A stretch of 64,000 bases of DNA. Origin: Squalus acanthias (taxonomy: Eukaryota). The stretch spans positions 46,190,001-46,254,000 of the forward strand of contig CM059443.1 in NCBI GenBank assembly GCA_030390025.1, given 5' to 3'. The notes beneath the pieces were generated by a model. The model was not told the DNA's origin and searched no databases. It saw only the letters and a list, made by a program, of their open reading frames with translations. Each line of letters starts with the position of its first letter. Positions within the stretch are counted from its first letter, which is position 1. Positions 50,846 through 64,000 of this stretch are shown here, piece after piece. A program made the position numbers and the translations under genes.

Positions 50846-52282
50846 AAAAGTATGCGGACTATTCCGAATAGTACTTATATCTCTGGCATTCTAGAGAACA
50901 CAGAATCAGCGTTCCTAGCCCAGGCTGAACTGGATACCAGCGGCAGCAGTTCCAACACAGCCCAGTAATGTCATTCACTCTGAGCTCTTTTGACAAGTGC
51001 CACGTGTAAATCCCACTCTAATTTTTCAGTGATTTACACTTTGTACCTCGGCTGTTTCTGACCTGCTCTCTGCTTGAACGGGGAGTCGCCGAGCTGCCTG
51101 GAATTGTGCAGCAAGATCCCAGGCTCTGAGGGGGTGTCTCTGCCCTTAACAAGCGAAGTGGTCGTCCCAAATCCCTGGGACAGCCCACTTCAGGTCCTTT
51201 AAGAGTTTTCAGACTCCTTTCAGGCCTGGGAGATGGTACCATTGTACAGATTTCATTACATTTCCACAAAAAGAGAATTGTAATTGGGAGAGAATTGTCT
51301 CTCAGGAAAATCTTTTATTTTAATGTTTCAAGGAAACTTCCAAAATTTTGAAACTCAGACCACACGGGGAACTTTCTGTTGCTCTGCCAGGTACTGCCCA
51401 GTATGTCAAAACTATCAGCAGACAGATTGTGTGGGATAGGGGAGCGTTTTCTAGAATGGGACGAGAATACATTTATTGCAAATATCAATGGATGATAGTC
51501 AGATGCCGAGAGTTTCTGGTCAGTGACAGTTCTTCATTGAAAAAGTCATCAAACTAAGAGGTGGAAGGAAGGCCTTTCTCTCCATTCTCCTTCACTGGCA
51601 ATTCTGGCTCCTCTGGTGAAGGATTTGACTCCTTGCTGGGGCGAGACACAGTGGTCATCCTCCCCGGACATCAGCCAAGTGGTCATTAATCATGTCTGAA
51701 CCTTGACAGTGGGTATTGGTGGGCTATTCCACCATGGGGGCCTGGCAGCCAAGACCCCATCCTTCCCTCACGCAGTGTGACGTAAGAAAACTACTAGGCA
51801 CTTGGTCTAAGCATTAAACAAAGCTTTAATCAACTGTTTTTCAACATGGAGATCTAGTTGTGTCCTTCACTAGTTCCTGTTGAGGAATGTCCTAAGCAAG
51901 CTGGGCCCATGCCCAAGTATTTATACTCTCCCTGGACAGCGCCACCAGCAGGCTGCCCAGTATTACTTCATACATGAATGACAAGATTCATGTCACAGTG
52001 TCTGCCATGTGCATAGTTCCAGGAGGAGGGGGGGTGGGGCGCGGTCGCTTGATAACAATCAGGAATTAGAACGCAGGCTGATCTCCCCCTCCCCAGTCCA
52101 GGGGTACTGAGGCCAATACTGACTGCTACCCCAACTGAGATAGGCAAACGCAGGCCACGGACCAACCCTGGGGCATTCCTAGTCTATATGTCTCAGATAA
52201 GGCCATCTGAGTTGTCAGGGAGCTGGGGGAATAAGTTTGGTGGTTAGGATTAGCTCAAAGTCCAGTATTAATAGTGGAATTT

Positions 52283-55206
52283 TGACTCCCTGGGCTCTGG
52301 GACAGAGAGCACAGTCTGACCCCTGGGACTCTGGGACAGAGAGAGCACAGTCTAACCCCTGGGACTCTGGGACAGAGAGAGCACAGTCTGACCCCTGGGG
52401 CTCATGGACAGAGAGAGCACAGTCTGACCCCTGGGACTCTGGACAGAGAGAATCCAGTCTGACCCCTGGGGCTCTGGACAGAGAGAGCACAGTCTAACCC
52501 CTGGGACTCATGGACAGAGAGAGCACAGTCTGACCCCTGGGGCTCTGGACAGAGAGAGCACAGTCTGACCCCTGGGACTCTGGACAGAGAGAGCACAGTC
52601 TGACCCCTGGGACTCTGGACAGAGAGAGCACAGTCTAACCCCTGGGACTCTGGACAGAGAGAGCACAGTCTGACCCCTGGGACTCTGGACAGAGAGAGCA
52701 CAGTCTGACCCCTGGGACTCTGGACAGAGAGAGCACAGTCTGACCCCTGGGGCTCTGAACAGAGAGAGCACAGTCTGACCCCTGGGGCTCTGGGACAGAG
52801 AGCACAGTCTGACCCCTGGGACTCCGGGACAGAGAGAGCTCAGTCTGACCCCTGGGGCTCTGGGACAGAGAGAGCACAGTCTGACCCCTGGGGCTCTGAA
52901 CAGAGAGAGCACAGTCTAACCCCTGGGACTCTGGACAGAGAGAATCCAGTCTGACCCCTGGGGCTCTGGACAGAGAGAGCACAGTCTAACCCCTGGGACT
53001 CTGGACAGAGAGAGCACAGTCTGACCCCTGGGACTCTGGACAGAGAGAGCACAGTCTGACCCCTGGGGCTCTGGACAGAGAGAGCACAGTCTGACCCCTG
53101 GGGCTCTGAACAGAGAGAGCACAGTCTGACCCCTGGGGCTCTGGGACAGAGAGCACAGTCTGACCCCTGGGACTCCGGGACAGAGAGAGCTCAGTCTGAC
53201 CCCTGGGGCTCTGGGACAGAGAGAGCACAGTCTGACCCCTGGGACTCTGGGACAGAGAGAGCACAGTCTGACCCTTGGAACTCGGGACACAGAGAGCTCA
53301 GTCCGACCCCTGGGGCTCTAGACAGAGAGAGCTCAGTCTGACCCCTGGGGCTCTGGACAGAGAGCTCAGTCCGACTCCTGGGACTCCAGGACAGAGAGAG
53401 CACAGTCTGACCCCTGGGGCTCTAGACAGAGAGCTCAGTCTGACCCCTGGGGCTCTAGACAGAGAGAGCACAGTCTGACCCCTGGTACTCTGGACAGAGA
53501 GAGCACAGTCTGACCCCTGGGGCTCTGGACAGAGGGAGCTCAGTCTGACCCCTGGGGCTCTGGACAGAGAGAGCACAGTCTGACCCCTGGGGCTCTGGAC
53601 AAAGAGCACAGTCTGACCCCTGGGGCTCTGGACAAAGAGCACAGTCTGACTCCTGGGGCTCTGGACAAAGAGCACAGTCTGACCCCTGGGGCTCTGGACA
53701 AAGAGCACAGTCTGACTCCTGGGGCTCTGGACAAAGAGCACAGTCTGACCCCTGGGGCTCTGGACAGAGGGAGCTCAGTCTGACCCCTGGGGCTCTGGAC
53801 AGAGAGAGCACAGTCTGACCCCTGGGGCTCTGGACAAAGAGCACAGTCTGACCCCTGGGGCTCTGGACAAAGAGCACAGTCTGACTCCTGGGGCTCTGGA
53901 CAAAGAGCACAGTCTGACCCCTGGGGCTCTGGACAAAGAGCTCACTCTGACCTCTGGGACTCTGGACAGAGAGAGCACAGTCTGACCCCTGGGGCTCTGG
54001 GACAGAGAGAGCTCAGTCTGACCCCTGGGGCTCTGTACAGAGAGCACAGTCTGACCCCTGGGGCTCTGGGACAGAGAGAGCTCTGTCTGACCCCTGGGGC
54101 TCTGGACAAAGAGCACAGTCTGACCCCTGGGGCTCTGGACAAAGAGCACAGTATGACCCCTGGGGCTCTGGACAGAGAGAGCACAGTCTGACCCCTGGGG
54201 CTCTGGACAAAGAGCACAGTCTGACTCCTGGGGCTCTGGACAGAGAGAGCTCAGTCTGACCCCTGGGGCTCTGGACAAAGAGCACAGTCTGACTCCTGGG
54301 GCTCTGGACAAAGAGCACAGTCTGACTCCTGGGGCTCTGGACAGAGAGAGCTCAGTCTGACTCCTGGGGCTCTGGACAGAGAGAGCTCAGTCTGACTCCT
54401 GGGGCTCTGGACAAAGAGCACAGTCTGACCCCTGGGGCTCTGGACAGAGGGAGCTCAGTCTGACCCCTGGGGCTCTGGACAGAGAGAGCACAGTCTGACC
54501 CCTGGGGCTCTGGACAAAGAGCACAGTCTGACCCCTGGGGCTCTGGACAAAGAGCACAGTCTGACTCCTGGGGCTCTGGACAAAGAGCACAGTCTGACCC
54601 CTGGGGCTCTGGACAAAGAGCTCACTCTGACCTCTGGGACTCTGGACAGAGAGAGCACAGTCTGACCCCTGGGGCTCTGGGACAGAGAGAGCTCATCTGA
54701 CCCCTGGGGCTCTGTACAGAGAGCACAGTCTGACCCCTGGGGCTCTGGGACAGAGAGAGCTCTGTCTGACCCCTGGGGCTCTGGACAAAGAGCACAGTCT
54801 GACCCCTGGGGCTCTGGACAAAGAGCACAGTCTGACCCCTGGGGCTCTGGACAGAGAGAGCACAGTCTGACCCCTGGGGCTCTGGACAAAGAGCACAGTC
54901 TGACTCCTGGGGCTCTGGACAGAGAGAGCTCAGTCTGACCCCTGGGGCTCTGGACAAAGAGCACAGTCTGACTCCTGGGGCTCTGGACAAAGAGCACAGT
55001 CTGACTCCTGGGGCTCTGGACAGAGAGAGCTCAGTCTGACTCCTGGGGCTCTGGACAGAGAGAGCTCAGTCTGACTCCTGGGGCTCTGGGGCAGAGCTCA
55101 GTCTGACCCCTGGGACTCTGGGACAGAGAGAGCTCAGTCTGACCCCTGGGGCTTTGGACAGAGCGAGCACAGTCTGACCCCTGGGGCTCTGGGACAGAGA
55201 GAGAGC
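52283..55206. repeat. Minisatellite B, ~30-33 bp unit GAGC(A/T)CAGTCTGACCCCTGGG(G/A)CTCTGGACA(GA)n, intronic
   Basis: Direct periodicity; a ~680-bp block is duplicated (TCACTCTGACCTC at ~53942 and ~54622). Confidence 0.97.
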
Positions 55207-56046
55207 TGTTGTCTCCTCCTTTCCTGAAGGTGGTGAACAATAACTGGTCATCAATCCATGGGGGTCTGATGCAAGTACTCACAATTTCTTGGGCAACTAG
55301 TATTGGGGACTATCAAATGGCATAAGAGAGTGCCACAGATGATTCCAGTCTTATCCACAACCAACTTCAGAGCTTGCACTTTTCAGAAAGGGGTGAGGGG
55401 GACGAGGGAACTGGACTCAGGAGTGATGGTCTTGACTGATTTCCCTAACCCTTTCCCCTTTTCCTGTGGTTTCGGGACACTGACACCAGTTGTAGCTCCA
55501 CACTGTAATGAATTCATGCAGATTTTCATGAACTTTAGTGTCCGTCAAGGTGCCAGATATCAGTGCTGGGGATGGAGCATTTCCCCCCAGTGTGGGCACT
55601 CAGTGCCAGCTCTCAGCACTCGTGGGCACAGGCCCGAAGAAGGATCATTCTTCTACTCTAAAAGACTTGCATTTCTATAGCGCCTTTCATAACCTCAAGA
55701 CATCCCAAAGAGCTTTACAGCCGATGAAGTACTTTTTGAAGTATAGTCACTGTTGTCATGTGGGAAACGCGGCAGCCAGCTTGCGTTTCCTACATTACGA
55801 CAGTGACTACACTTCAAAAAGTACTTCATTGGTTGCAAAGCGCTTTGGGACGTCCTGAGGTCAAATGCCAATCCGTCCCTTAGCTTTTTTAATTTAATAT
55901 AAAGTGCTTGATGGTCGGACATTGTCCTTTCAATGTGCAAAAGCAAAATCTGAAATAAAAACAGAAAATGCTGGAAATACTCAGCAGGTCAGGCAGAGTT
56001 GCTGAGTGTCTCCAGCAGTTTCTGTCCTTTCAGTGTGTCTGTCATG

Positions 56047-56816
56047 AAAAAGACTTGCATTTCTATAGCGCCTTTCACGACCACCGGAGGTCTCAAAGCG
56101 CTTCACAGCCAATGAAGTACTTTTGAAGTGGAGTCACTGTTGTAATGTGGGAAATGCGACAGCCAATTTGCACACAGCAATTTTCCGCAAACAGCAATGT
56201 GATAATGACCAGATAAACTGTTTTTTGTTACATTGATTGAGGGATAAATATTGGCCAGGACACGGGGGAGAACTCCCCTGCTCTTCTTCAAAATAGTAGC
56301 CACGGGATCTTTTACATCCACCTGAGAGAGCAGACGGGGCCTCGGTTTAATGTCTGATCCGAACGACGGCACCTCCGACAGTGCAGCACTCCCTCAGCAC
56401 TGCACTGGTGTGTCAGCCTGGATTTTGTGCTCAAGTCTCTGAAATGGGTCTGTGAACCCACAACCTTCTGACACAGATGTGAGAAGTCGCACAACACCAG
56501 GTTATAGTCCAACAGCTTTATTTGAAATCACAAGCTTTCGGAGCGCTGCTCCTTCTTCACCTCCGAAAGCTTGTGATTTCAAATAAAGCTGTTGGACTAT
56601 AACCTGGTGTTGATCTTTTTGGTTGAACAAATCATAAATTTACTGTAAATCAATTAAAACTTGAAATGAAACTTAATAAATCAAATTAAAATTTGAAAGT
56701 CCGGGGTATAACCTGGTGTTGTGCGACTTCTCACATTTGTCCACCCCAGTCCAACACCGACATCGCCACATTCTGACACAGAGGCGAGGGTGCTGCCCAC
56801 TGAGCCAGGGCCGACA
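56047..56816 (-). mobile_element. Deu-domain SINE interrupted in its tRNA-like head by a palindromic element
   Basis: Reverse complement of the 37224-37685 type; head resumes at 56783. Confidence 0.8.
56478..56770. mobile_element. Second, internally deleted copy of the palindromic Penelope-type element
   Basis: Same arms and tail as 39317-39720; 12-bp TSD TTCTGACACAGA (56466-56477 / 56771-56782). Confidence 0.8.
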
Positions 56817-57382
56817 TACTGCATGCAGCACAGGCTCTGAGTGGTGTATGAGAAGATCTGCAGCTTTTGCTGACACTTTCAGGAGCAAATACATTAGTTG
56901 AGACGTTGAAGCCCTTTCCCCAAGTTGATTGCAGGGATTTAGTGGCTGACATTGAGGAGATCCCACTCTCTGTAATCCTGTAGGAGGCGCATTCCGGTGT
57001 GCAGCACCTCGGAATGTGAAAACTCCCAGAATGTGCATTTGAAGGTGTGGCGACTGCCAGCTAAAAAAATGTGCAACAAAATCAAATCCATTTTCAAATG
57101 CAACGACCCGGAAAGGTTACAATTTGAATTGCAGAGACTCACTTACTTTGCAAATATTTTAATGCTGTGTTTTAAATTTTCTTTGTGGGAGGGAGAGGGT
57201 TAAAAGCTGGGTTACTTCCGGTGCTAAGTGCATTCGGAGCCGGGAGTGGAGATTTTTTTTTCCACGACAATTTTTTTCTCTCCAAGAGTTCTTGAGCTTT
57301 ATATTTAAAAAAAAAGAAAATTAAGGGGAGGAGGGAAGGGGAAGTAACAGGGGGGAACTACAAGTAACGCAGGAGATAAACC

Positions 57383-57514
57383 ATGGCCAGCGCGACCTCG
57401 GTGGATGCAGTCAGGAGGAAGATTAAGAGCTTGCAGGACCAGTCAGATGTGGCGGAGGAGAAAGCGGAGAGGCTGCAGAGGGAGGTGGACATAGAGCGAC
57501 AGTGCCGAGAGCAA
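57383..57514 (+). CDS. TPM1: Tropomyosin exon 1b (short, non-muscle isoform first exon, 132 nt coding)
   Basis: ACCATGG; MASATSVDAVRRKIKSLQDQSDVAEEKAERLQREVDIERQCREQ|GTGAGA; 44 codons. ETS-like ACTTCCGG upstream (~57214). Confidence 0.92.
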
Positions 57515-59259
57515 GTGAGAGCCAGTCACCTTGGGACTGGGACTGGGGGCATTGGGAGTGGGATTGGGGACTAGGTGGGAGGACTGGGGATTGGGACTGG
57601 AGGGATTGGGGCTGTGGTCTGGGGGGATTGGGAGTGGGATTGGGGACTAGGTGGGAGGACTGGGGCTGGGGCTTGCGGACTGGGAGCCTGAGTCTCCGCA
57701 GCGGCAACAATGTAACCCTGGGCGAATGGGGGAATTGCAACCAGCAAGGACATAAACTGGCCTATTTCCCAGGACCGAACCTACCTGTTTATAAATGATC
57801 GTGTTATTTTGAGGGGGAGTCGAGACTATTTACGATTAAAGGAGCAAACACCAAGATGTCTGTTTCCTAAACATGCACCAGCCAGTCTGGAAATACACAT
57901 TTTCAAAGCAGCTTTGAAAAATGTCTCCTAATTGCAGATTAGCCAATTAATTGAAGTTTTTCTCTCTCGACTAAATCTTTACTGTGTCTTGTATTCTAGT
58001 TTTTTTTTAGGCTGGACTTAGTTTTTCTGGGTTTGAAGGTTATATCTAGATTCAGGAAGTCGGTTTGCTGATTTGTGGTCATGATGGTATATCTTAGTTA
58101 TCGCAATGAGTTCATTGAAAGGTTAATCTTTTTTAATTGCAGTACATTGAGTTGTGGTTTTGATTCCGGACTTAGGCACACCAAATAAACTGGGAGATGA
58201 AGGTGGAGAGATCTGTGCTAAACTTCTGATAAATCAGCTCTAGGAAGTCTCCATGCTTTTCCCTTTTTGATGTGGTTTGTGCTGTTTGGGGGGGCTGGTT
58301 TGATTTAATCAACTGGCTTGCTTGAAGCTGGCCTCCCAGTTTAGTTGGTGGGCAGTACAAAGCAGAGCTAGCCGCAGGGCTTAATAAGTTGAACCCAGGG
58401 CTGTTTGCTTAAGAGCTCCTGACCAACTGAACAAAAGCTTCTCCTGGGGCATCACATGCGAGTGGAATGTCCTTTGGTAGGCAAGGCCCATTCTAATAAA
58501 GAAAGTATAAATGAGGAAGGGGGGTGCAGGGAAACTGAAAGCTGCAGTAGGAGAGCAGGCCATCCAGCACCTGGAATAGATGGGTTAATAGTTTGCTGTT
58601 TGTAGGTGAACTGCTTAATCTGTATTTCTCCAGATGTTTATGAACCAGCTGTGTCACTCCAGCACTTAACTAATGGCATTTTATTATTTTCTTTTAATCT
58701 CTACTGCCAGGCAGAGAATTTGTGTTTTGTAGATATCATCTTTTGTGAACCAGCTTGGACATTATTTGTTTTTTTTAAAAAAGAGAGCATCTTAAAGATA
58801 ATTGGCTCCGGGCCTTGGTGCACATTCAGTATTCTTGCAGAGGTGCAGTGATGTAATGGTGTGTTGTGTGACCATATATGGACAGCAAATCCGTTGCTGA
58901 CACTTGGCCACATGGGAGTTGTTGAGGAGCAGAGCTGGTGTTGGGCAACATATCTGATGCAGAGTATCATAAATACTGCAGGAAGTTGCACTGACCTTTA
59001 GCCCCTTTGGAATGATAAACTTTGAGAACCCAAATAAAAATTAGGTGTGGTCTCGGGGTGGGGACAAGCTCCAGTCGAACCTTATCTGATTCTGTAATGC
59101 AAAAGCTGCTGTGTGGAATCATTTCCAAACGCGGCTGGGATAATAGTTTCTTGGGTCTCTTGACGTACACTCAGAATTTATTTTTGGTTCCTTGTTATCA
59201 GTTGGGCCATGAGGTGGCAGTTTCCTCATTCAGTGCCTTTTTGTAATGTGGCGATAGGT

Positions 59260-59890
59260 TAGAGCGAGATATACGCAAATCTTTGAAGGTGGCAGGACAA
59301 GTTGAGAAAGCTGGCTTTTTAAAAAAAAAAAGCATGCGGGATCCTGGGCCTTTATAAATAGAGGCATGGAGTACAAAAACAAGGACGTTATGATAAATCT
59401 TTTATACATCACCAGTTAGGCCCCAGCTGGAGTATTGTGTCCAATTCTGGGCGCTGCACTTTAGGAGGGATGGCCAGGCCTTGGAGAGGGTGCAGAGGAG
59501 ATTTACTGGTACCAGGGATGAGGGACTGCAGTTATTTGGAGAAGCTGGAATTGTTCTCCTTGGAACAGAAAAGGTTATGGGGCGATTTAAGAGGTGTTCA
59601 AAATGAAGTGTTTTGATAGTGTAGATAGGAAGGCACTGTTTCTAGTGGTAGGAGGGTCGGTAACCAAAGGACACTGATTTAAGAGAAGTCAAACCAATCC
59701 GGGGAGAGTAGGAGTTTTTTTTTACGCAGCAAGTTATCTGGAACGCGCTGCCTGAAAGGGTGGTGGATGCAGATTCAGTGGTAACTTTCAAAAGGGAATT
59801 GGATAAATACATGAAGGAGGAAAAAATTGCAGGGCAATGGGGAAAGAGCAGGGAGTGGGACTAATTGGAATGGCCTCCTTCTGTGCTCTC
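59260..59890 (+). mobile_element. Degenerate CR1 3' fragment (intronic)
   Basis: GGCCCCAGCTGGAGTATTGTGTCCAATTCTGG and GAGAGGGTGCAGAGGAGATTTAC match other CR1 copies in the window. Confidence 0.8.
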
Positions 59891-61842
59891 TGATTTTATA
59901 TTGGAGAATAAGGAAATGGCAAATACATTAAATCAAATCGTCATGCCGAGTCAGTCTTCCCAAACGCAGACTGGCTCGGGATCGTGGTGAGTGCGAGTGT
60001 GAAATGGCACAGGTGATTGTTGCTACCTGGCAGTGAAAATGCGACACAGTGCAACATAACAGGAAGCGCTGTCGTCAGGAAGTGCTGGGATGTGTGCCCA
60101 TGCCCCTGATGCGATAAGCCAGGAGGTCTAGCGCACTAAACCACTGGCCTCCAAAAGTAGAGGCAGGTAAAACGTATACGGGAGCAGGTGGCAAAGGTCG
60201 GTCGGTGTGAAGTGTCAGTGGCAATTACGCTGCTGCTCTTTTTTTTCCCCCTTTGTCCACGTGCCTCATTGCACAACTTGTAGTATAACTCCGTCCAGTT
60301 GGTGACCTGATTGCGGTGTGGGTGGCTGGGTCAGTACGTGCTATCCACAGAATTGTAAATTGTAGGCATGGGAATAACTGAAGATTCAAAGACTCCACGG
60401 GATAGAATTGTTCTTGTGCTGATGGGAGGGCGGGGGAAGGGAAGGGAATGTTGTCTGGAGGGCGGTCGGCCAGGGTTGAATTGTGAGGGTGAATGAATAT
60501 TCTGGAATTTCCTTTTGCTTATCTGGGAATAATCTGCCAATTAAAATGGGGTAGGGTGGAGAATGCACTCGGGCGGTTGCCTGTTGCAGCCCCTGCCTCA
60601 GGCTATCTGCTGCAGAAACCCTCATCCATGCGTTTGTCACCCCCAGGCTTGACTATTCCAATGCTCTCCTGTCCGGCCTCCCATCTTCAACCTCTCGTCT
60701 TAAACTGCTCGGCCAGATCACTGCCCGTGTGGGTGAGGACTGAGATTTACCCCCCCCCCCCCCCCAACTCACTGAGCACAGACTGAAAAAGTTCACCGCC
60801 AATTGTACAGTTCAAGGGAACTAATTGTAATAGTTTATTGTGTAAACTAAAGTAAGAGTTTTGGGACTCTAAAACTAGGGGTCATAAATATAAGATAGTC
60901 CCTAATAAATCCAATAAGGAATTCAGGAGAAACTTCTCTACTCAGTGGTGTGAATGTGGAACTCACTACCACAGGGAGTAGTTGAGGCAAATAGTATAGA
61001 TACGTTAAAGGGGAAGGTGGATAAGCACATGAGGGGGGAAAGGAATAGAAGGTTATGCTGATGGGTTGAGATGAAGGGGGCTGGGGGAGGAGGCTCATGT
61101 GGATAAACACCGCCATGGACCTGTTTGGCCGAATGGCCTGTTTCTGTCCTGTAAATACGATGTAAAAGATGAAAGCTAGCTTGGTGAGTTAATGATTGAA
61201 AGCCGCTTGCCATGAATCTTCTGTGCAGAGCTGGGCCTGCTATTGCCTTTTATGGTCTGGATTTTATTTTATGTAAATCTGCAGAAGTAATGCAGTGGGA
61301 AGGTGACCTAGGATCCCATGACCTTACCTAAATGACCCTGTTAGTCCAGCTGACCTTGAGGTGTGTGTGTAGCTAGAACTGATTGTTAGAAAAGTTGCAG
61401 AGTTGGATCAGCCCTAGATAATATGTTTTGAAACTCCTTCCTTGTGTTACACTGCCAGATATTTCACTTCCTGGTGAAGTATGTTCATGATAAATAAGTT
61501 ACAACTCAGAATATTGTTTGTAGGACAATTCCTCCATTCTAATGACTGGAGATAATAAAAAAAAAGATACTGTTTCTCCCTTGAAGTGCAGGGTTACTTT
61601 GGTCTGGGCCAACTATGATCTTTTATTATTTTCTCATTCCAAGCTAAAATGCATGGGAAGATCCCAATTTAAAAAAAAAAAGTTAGAAGGGAAGGAGTGA
61701 CCCAGCAATCAGTAAAGGTGGACCGCGCCTGTGAACCGCTTACCCTTCCAAGCGGTCTCTTGTTATCGAGTGTGTTGTGCCACCTTGTGTTTGTCCTGGG
61801 CTTTTGACCGTTTTTGTTTTGGGCCCACCCCGTCCGCCCTAG

Positions 61843-61977
<135 letters not shown>

Positions 61978-62219
61978 TGAGCAGTTGTGTTGCCGAATTA
62001 AAGCGCCTGATCTCGGCGCCAACGTAGGTTTTATCTCTTGCTGCTACAGGTTACTCTCTCTCTTTTATAGTTGAATGTATAATGATAGGCCCATGCTATA
62101 ACTATTGACCCCTTATAGGGTTTTTAAAAAAAACTCTAAGAATCAAGTGACTGAAAAATTAGTTTTATTAAGTTTCATTAAGACATGATGATTTGCATTT
62201 ATATCACTCCTTTAATTGT

Positions 62220-62440
62220 AAATCTGTGGAATTCTCTGCCCCAGAGAGCTGTGGAGGCTGGGTCATTGAATATATTTAAGGTGGAGATAGACAGATTTTT
62301 GAACAATAAGGGAGTCGAGGATTATGGGGAGCGGGCAGGGAAGTGGAGTTGAGGCCAAGATCAGATCAGCCATGATCTTATTGAATGGCGGAGCAGGCTC
62401 GAGGGGCCAAATGGCCTATTCCTGCTCCTATTTCTTCTGT
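62220..62440 (+). mobile_element. CR1 3' end fragment (intronic)
   Basis: AATCTGTGGAATTCTCTGCCCCAGAG...GATCAGCCATGATCTTATTGAATGGCGGAGCAGG. Confidence 0.85.
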
Positions 62441-64000
62441 TTACGTAGTGAAACATCCCAAGGTGTTTGTCAGGAGCGGAATCGGACAAAGTTTCACTCT
62501 GAGCAAGTTGTTACTTTTAACCAAATTCTACTTTTTTTTTACCCACGAATCCAGGGTTTCAAGTTAGCTGCTACTAAAAGACCCAAAACCTTCGCCCTGC
62601 CCGGGAGGTGGATTTCCACACTGAGCTGGGTACTGGCACTCCGTGGCTGATGGGCTTTGATGCTCAGTTGAGTTGCCCGAGATGGAGCGGAGGGGGAAAA
62701 CGTTGGCACTTGTGCGCCTTCTGATGCAGAGGGACATCCTGGAAACCGGAAGGTGTCCAGGAAATTATTCCCTCTTCCGTTAGCATTACCCAAAAGAAAG
62801 CTGTTTGGGGGTGAGGGGCGGGAGGGGAGCCGTCTCCTGGTGTTGGATACACGTTGTGGTCTGTGCTGGGATAGTAGTTGGGGTGCCATGTCTAGCCTCT
62901 GCCCCACCCCCCCCGGGGGCGGCCAGAAATCAAGCCAGGGTGGCTGCTTCTGCGGGAAGCGGAGTGGACATTATCACAACAGGATTGGGCTTGGCTGGGA
63001 TACTTTCCACCGTCTCATTATCCAGGCTCGGAGCAAAGAATTACCACTCTGGTGTCAGCACAGCTTTTGGGAGGGGGAGAGAATTGAAGGAGTTGGGGGT
63101 GGGGGGGGGGGGTGGTTTGTAGTTTTATTCCCCTGAACCTGTGTGTGTTTGTGCATATTAAGAATTTAAAAACTTAGAAATGGAACTTGACTTACAAAAG
63201 CAATACTTAAAGGGAGCATTATTGTTGGACTAAATCATTGGAGGTGATCTTGTACTCCATTTTGTGTTCCCCTCCCAACTCGTTAAGTTGTGTCGCAAAA
63301 TGTTGCACTGACTAGCAATGGCATCTGAGGTCAAGTTTCTTCCCAATCCTCTCCGAATGGTGCACTAGAATTATGCCGGTGGAGATGGATGATGGGGAAT
63401 CTTGTTTCTGCTCAACCATGTCTGTGCAGTTAATCTTGTCCTACGTCCCTGGGGTTAACTACACTCCGTGTTGCTCCTTTCGAGGTTTTCTGAACAGTTT
63501 GAAGTGTTGCCCCAGCCCCCATTTTAGGGAGCTACCCCCCCATTATTGGCATGGTCCAGCATGGAAGGAGTCTCCACCTTGGTCTCAATCTCGGCAAGAA
63601 AACTCTGCTTTTAAATTTGACCTTTTTTCCTGTAAAAGGGGACATAGTTTGAGTAGGAAGTACTACCGTTGGACTTTTCTTCCCTTTTTATGTATCGTCA
63701 TTGGGGGGGAGGGGAAAGAATATGAAGCTTGATACCATCGATAACAACAGTGGCGGGGCTAGGTTTGACCGACTGGGTGGGATGGGGACGGGGGTGGGGA
63801 ATGCCGACACACCTGATCCAAAGGCCAAGCCAGGAAACTCACTGACTGCAGGCCAAACCTGGAGGCTGAAGATGGGTGACGAGAGGATCCTGTCCTCCAA
63901 ACCCGCGTTGGCTGACCCCAAAATGATTTTGGGGTCATGACCCCCCCCCCCCCCCCCCAAACAATGGCTCCACCTCTGTATAACGATGGGCATTGTTGCT

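Noticed and set aside
52310-55180. CACAGTC resembling the V(D)J RSS heptamer CACAGTG
   Set aside because: No ACAAAAACC nonamer at 12/23 spacing and no V/J segments.

Overview
Eukaryotic, repeat-rich vertebrate genomic DNA, most likely from a shark or other cartilaginous fish (inferred from HE1-type SINEs, Deu-domain SINEs and abundant CR1 LINEs). From 5' to 3' the window holds: (1) a >13 kb CpG-dense 16-bp satellite with a ~4.6 kb higher-order repeat; (2) a complete but defective ~10.9 kb LTR provirus on the minus strand (13962-24865) inserted in a CR1 3' tail. It has a perfect tRNA-Arg(UCG) PBS, an intact gag, an in-frame gag-UGA-pol junction, a pol with both a degenerate tether RNase H and a retroviral-type RNase H, and an env resembling a paramyxo/pneumovirus class I F protein preceded by an Ig-like domain. 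This is the lokiretrovirus-type architecture. (3) A G-rich 16-bp repeat and a dense nest of CR1/L2 LINEs, SINEs, MITEs and palindromic Penelope-type elements with hammerhead-ribozyme cores; (4) the 5' half of an alpha-tropomyosin (TPM1-like) gene on the plus strand (exons 1a, 2a, 2b, 1b, 3), with exons 1a-2b flanked by two related minisatellites. All family assignments come from motif recognition by eye; no database searches were run.
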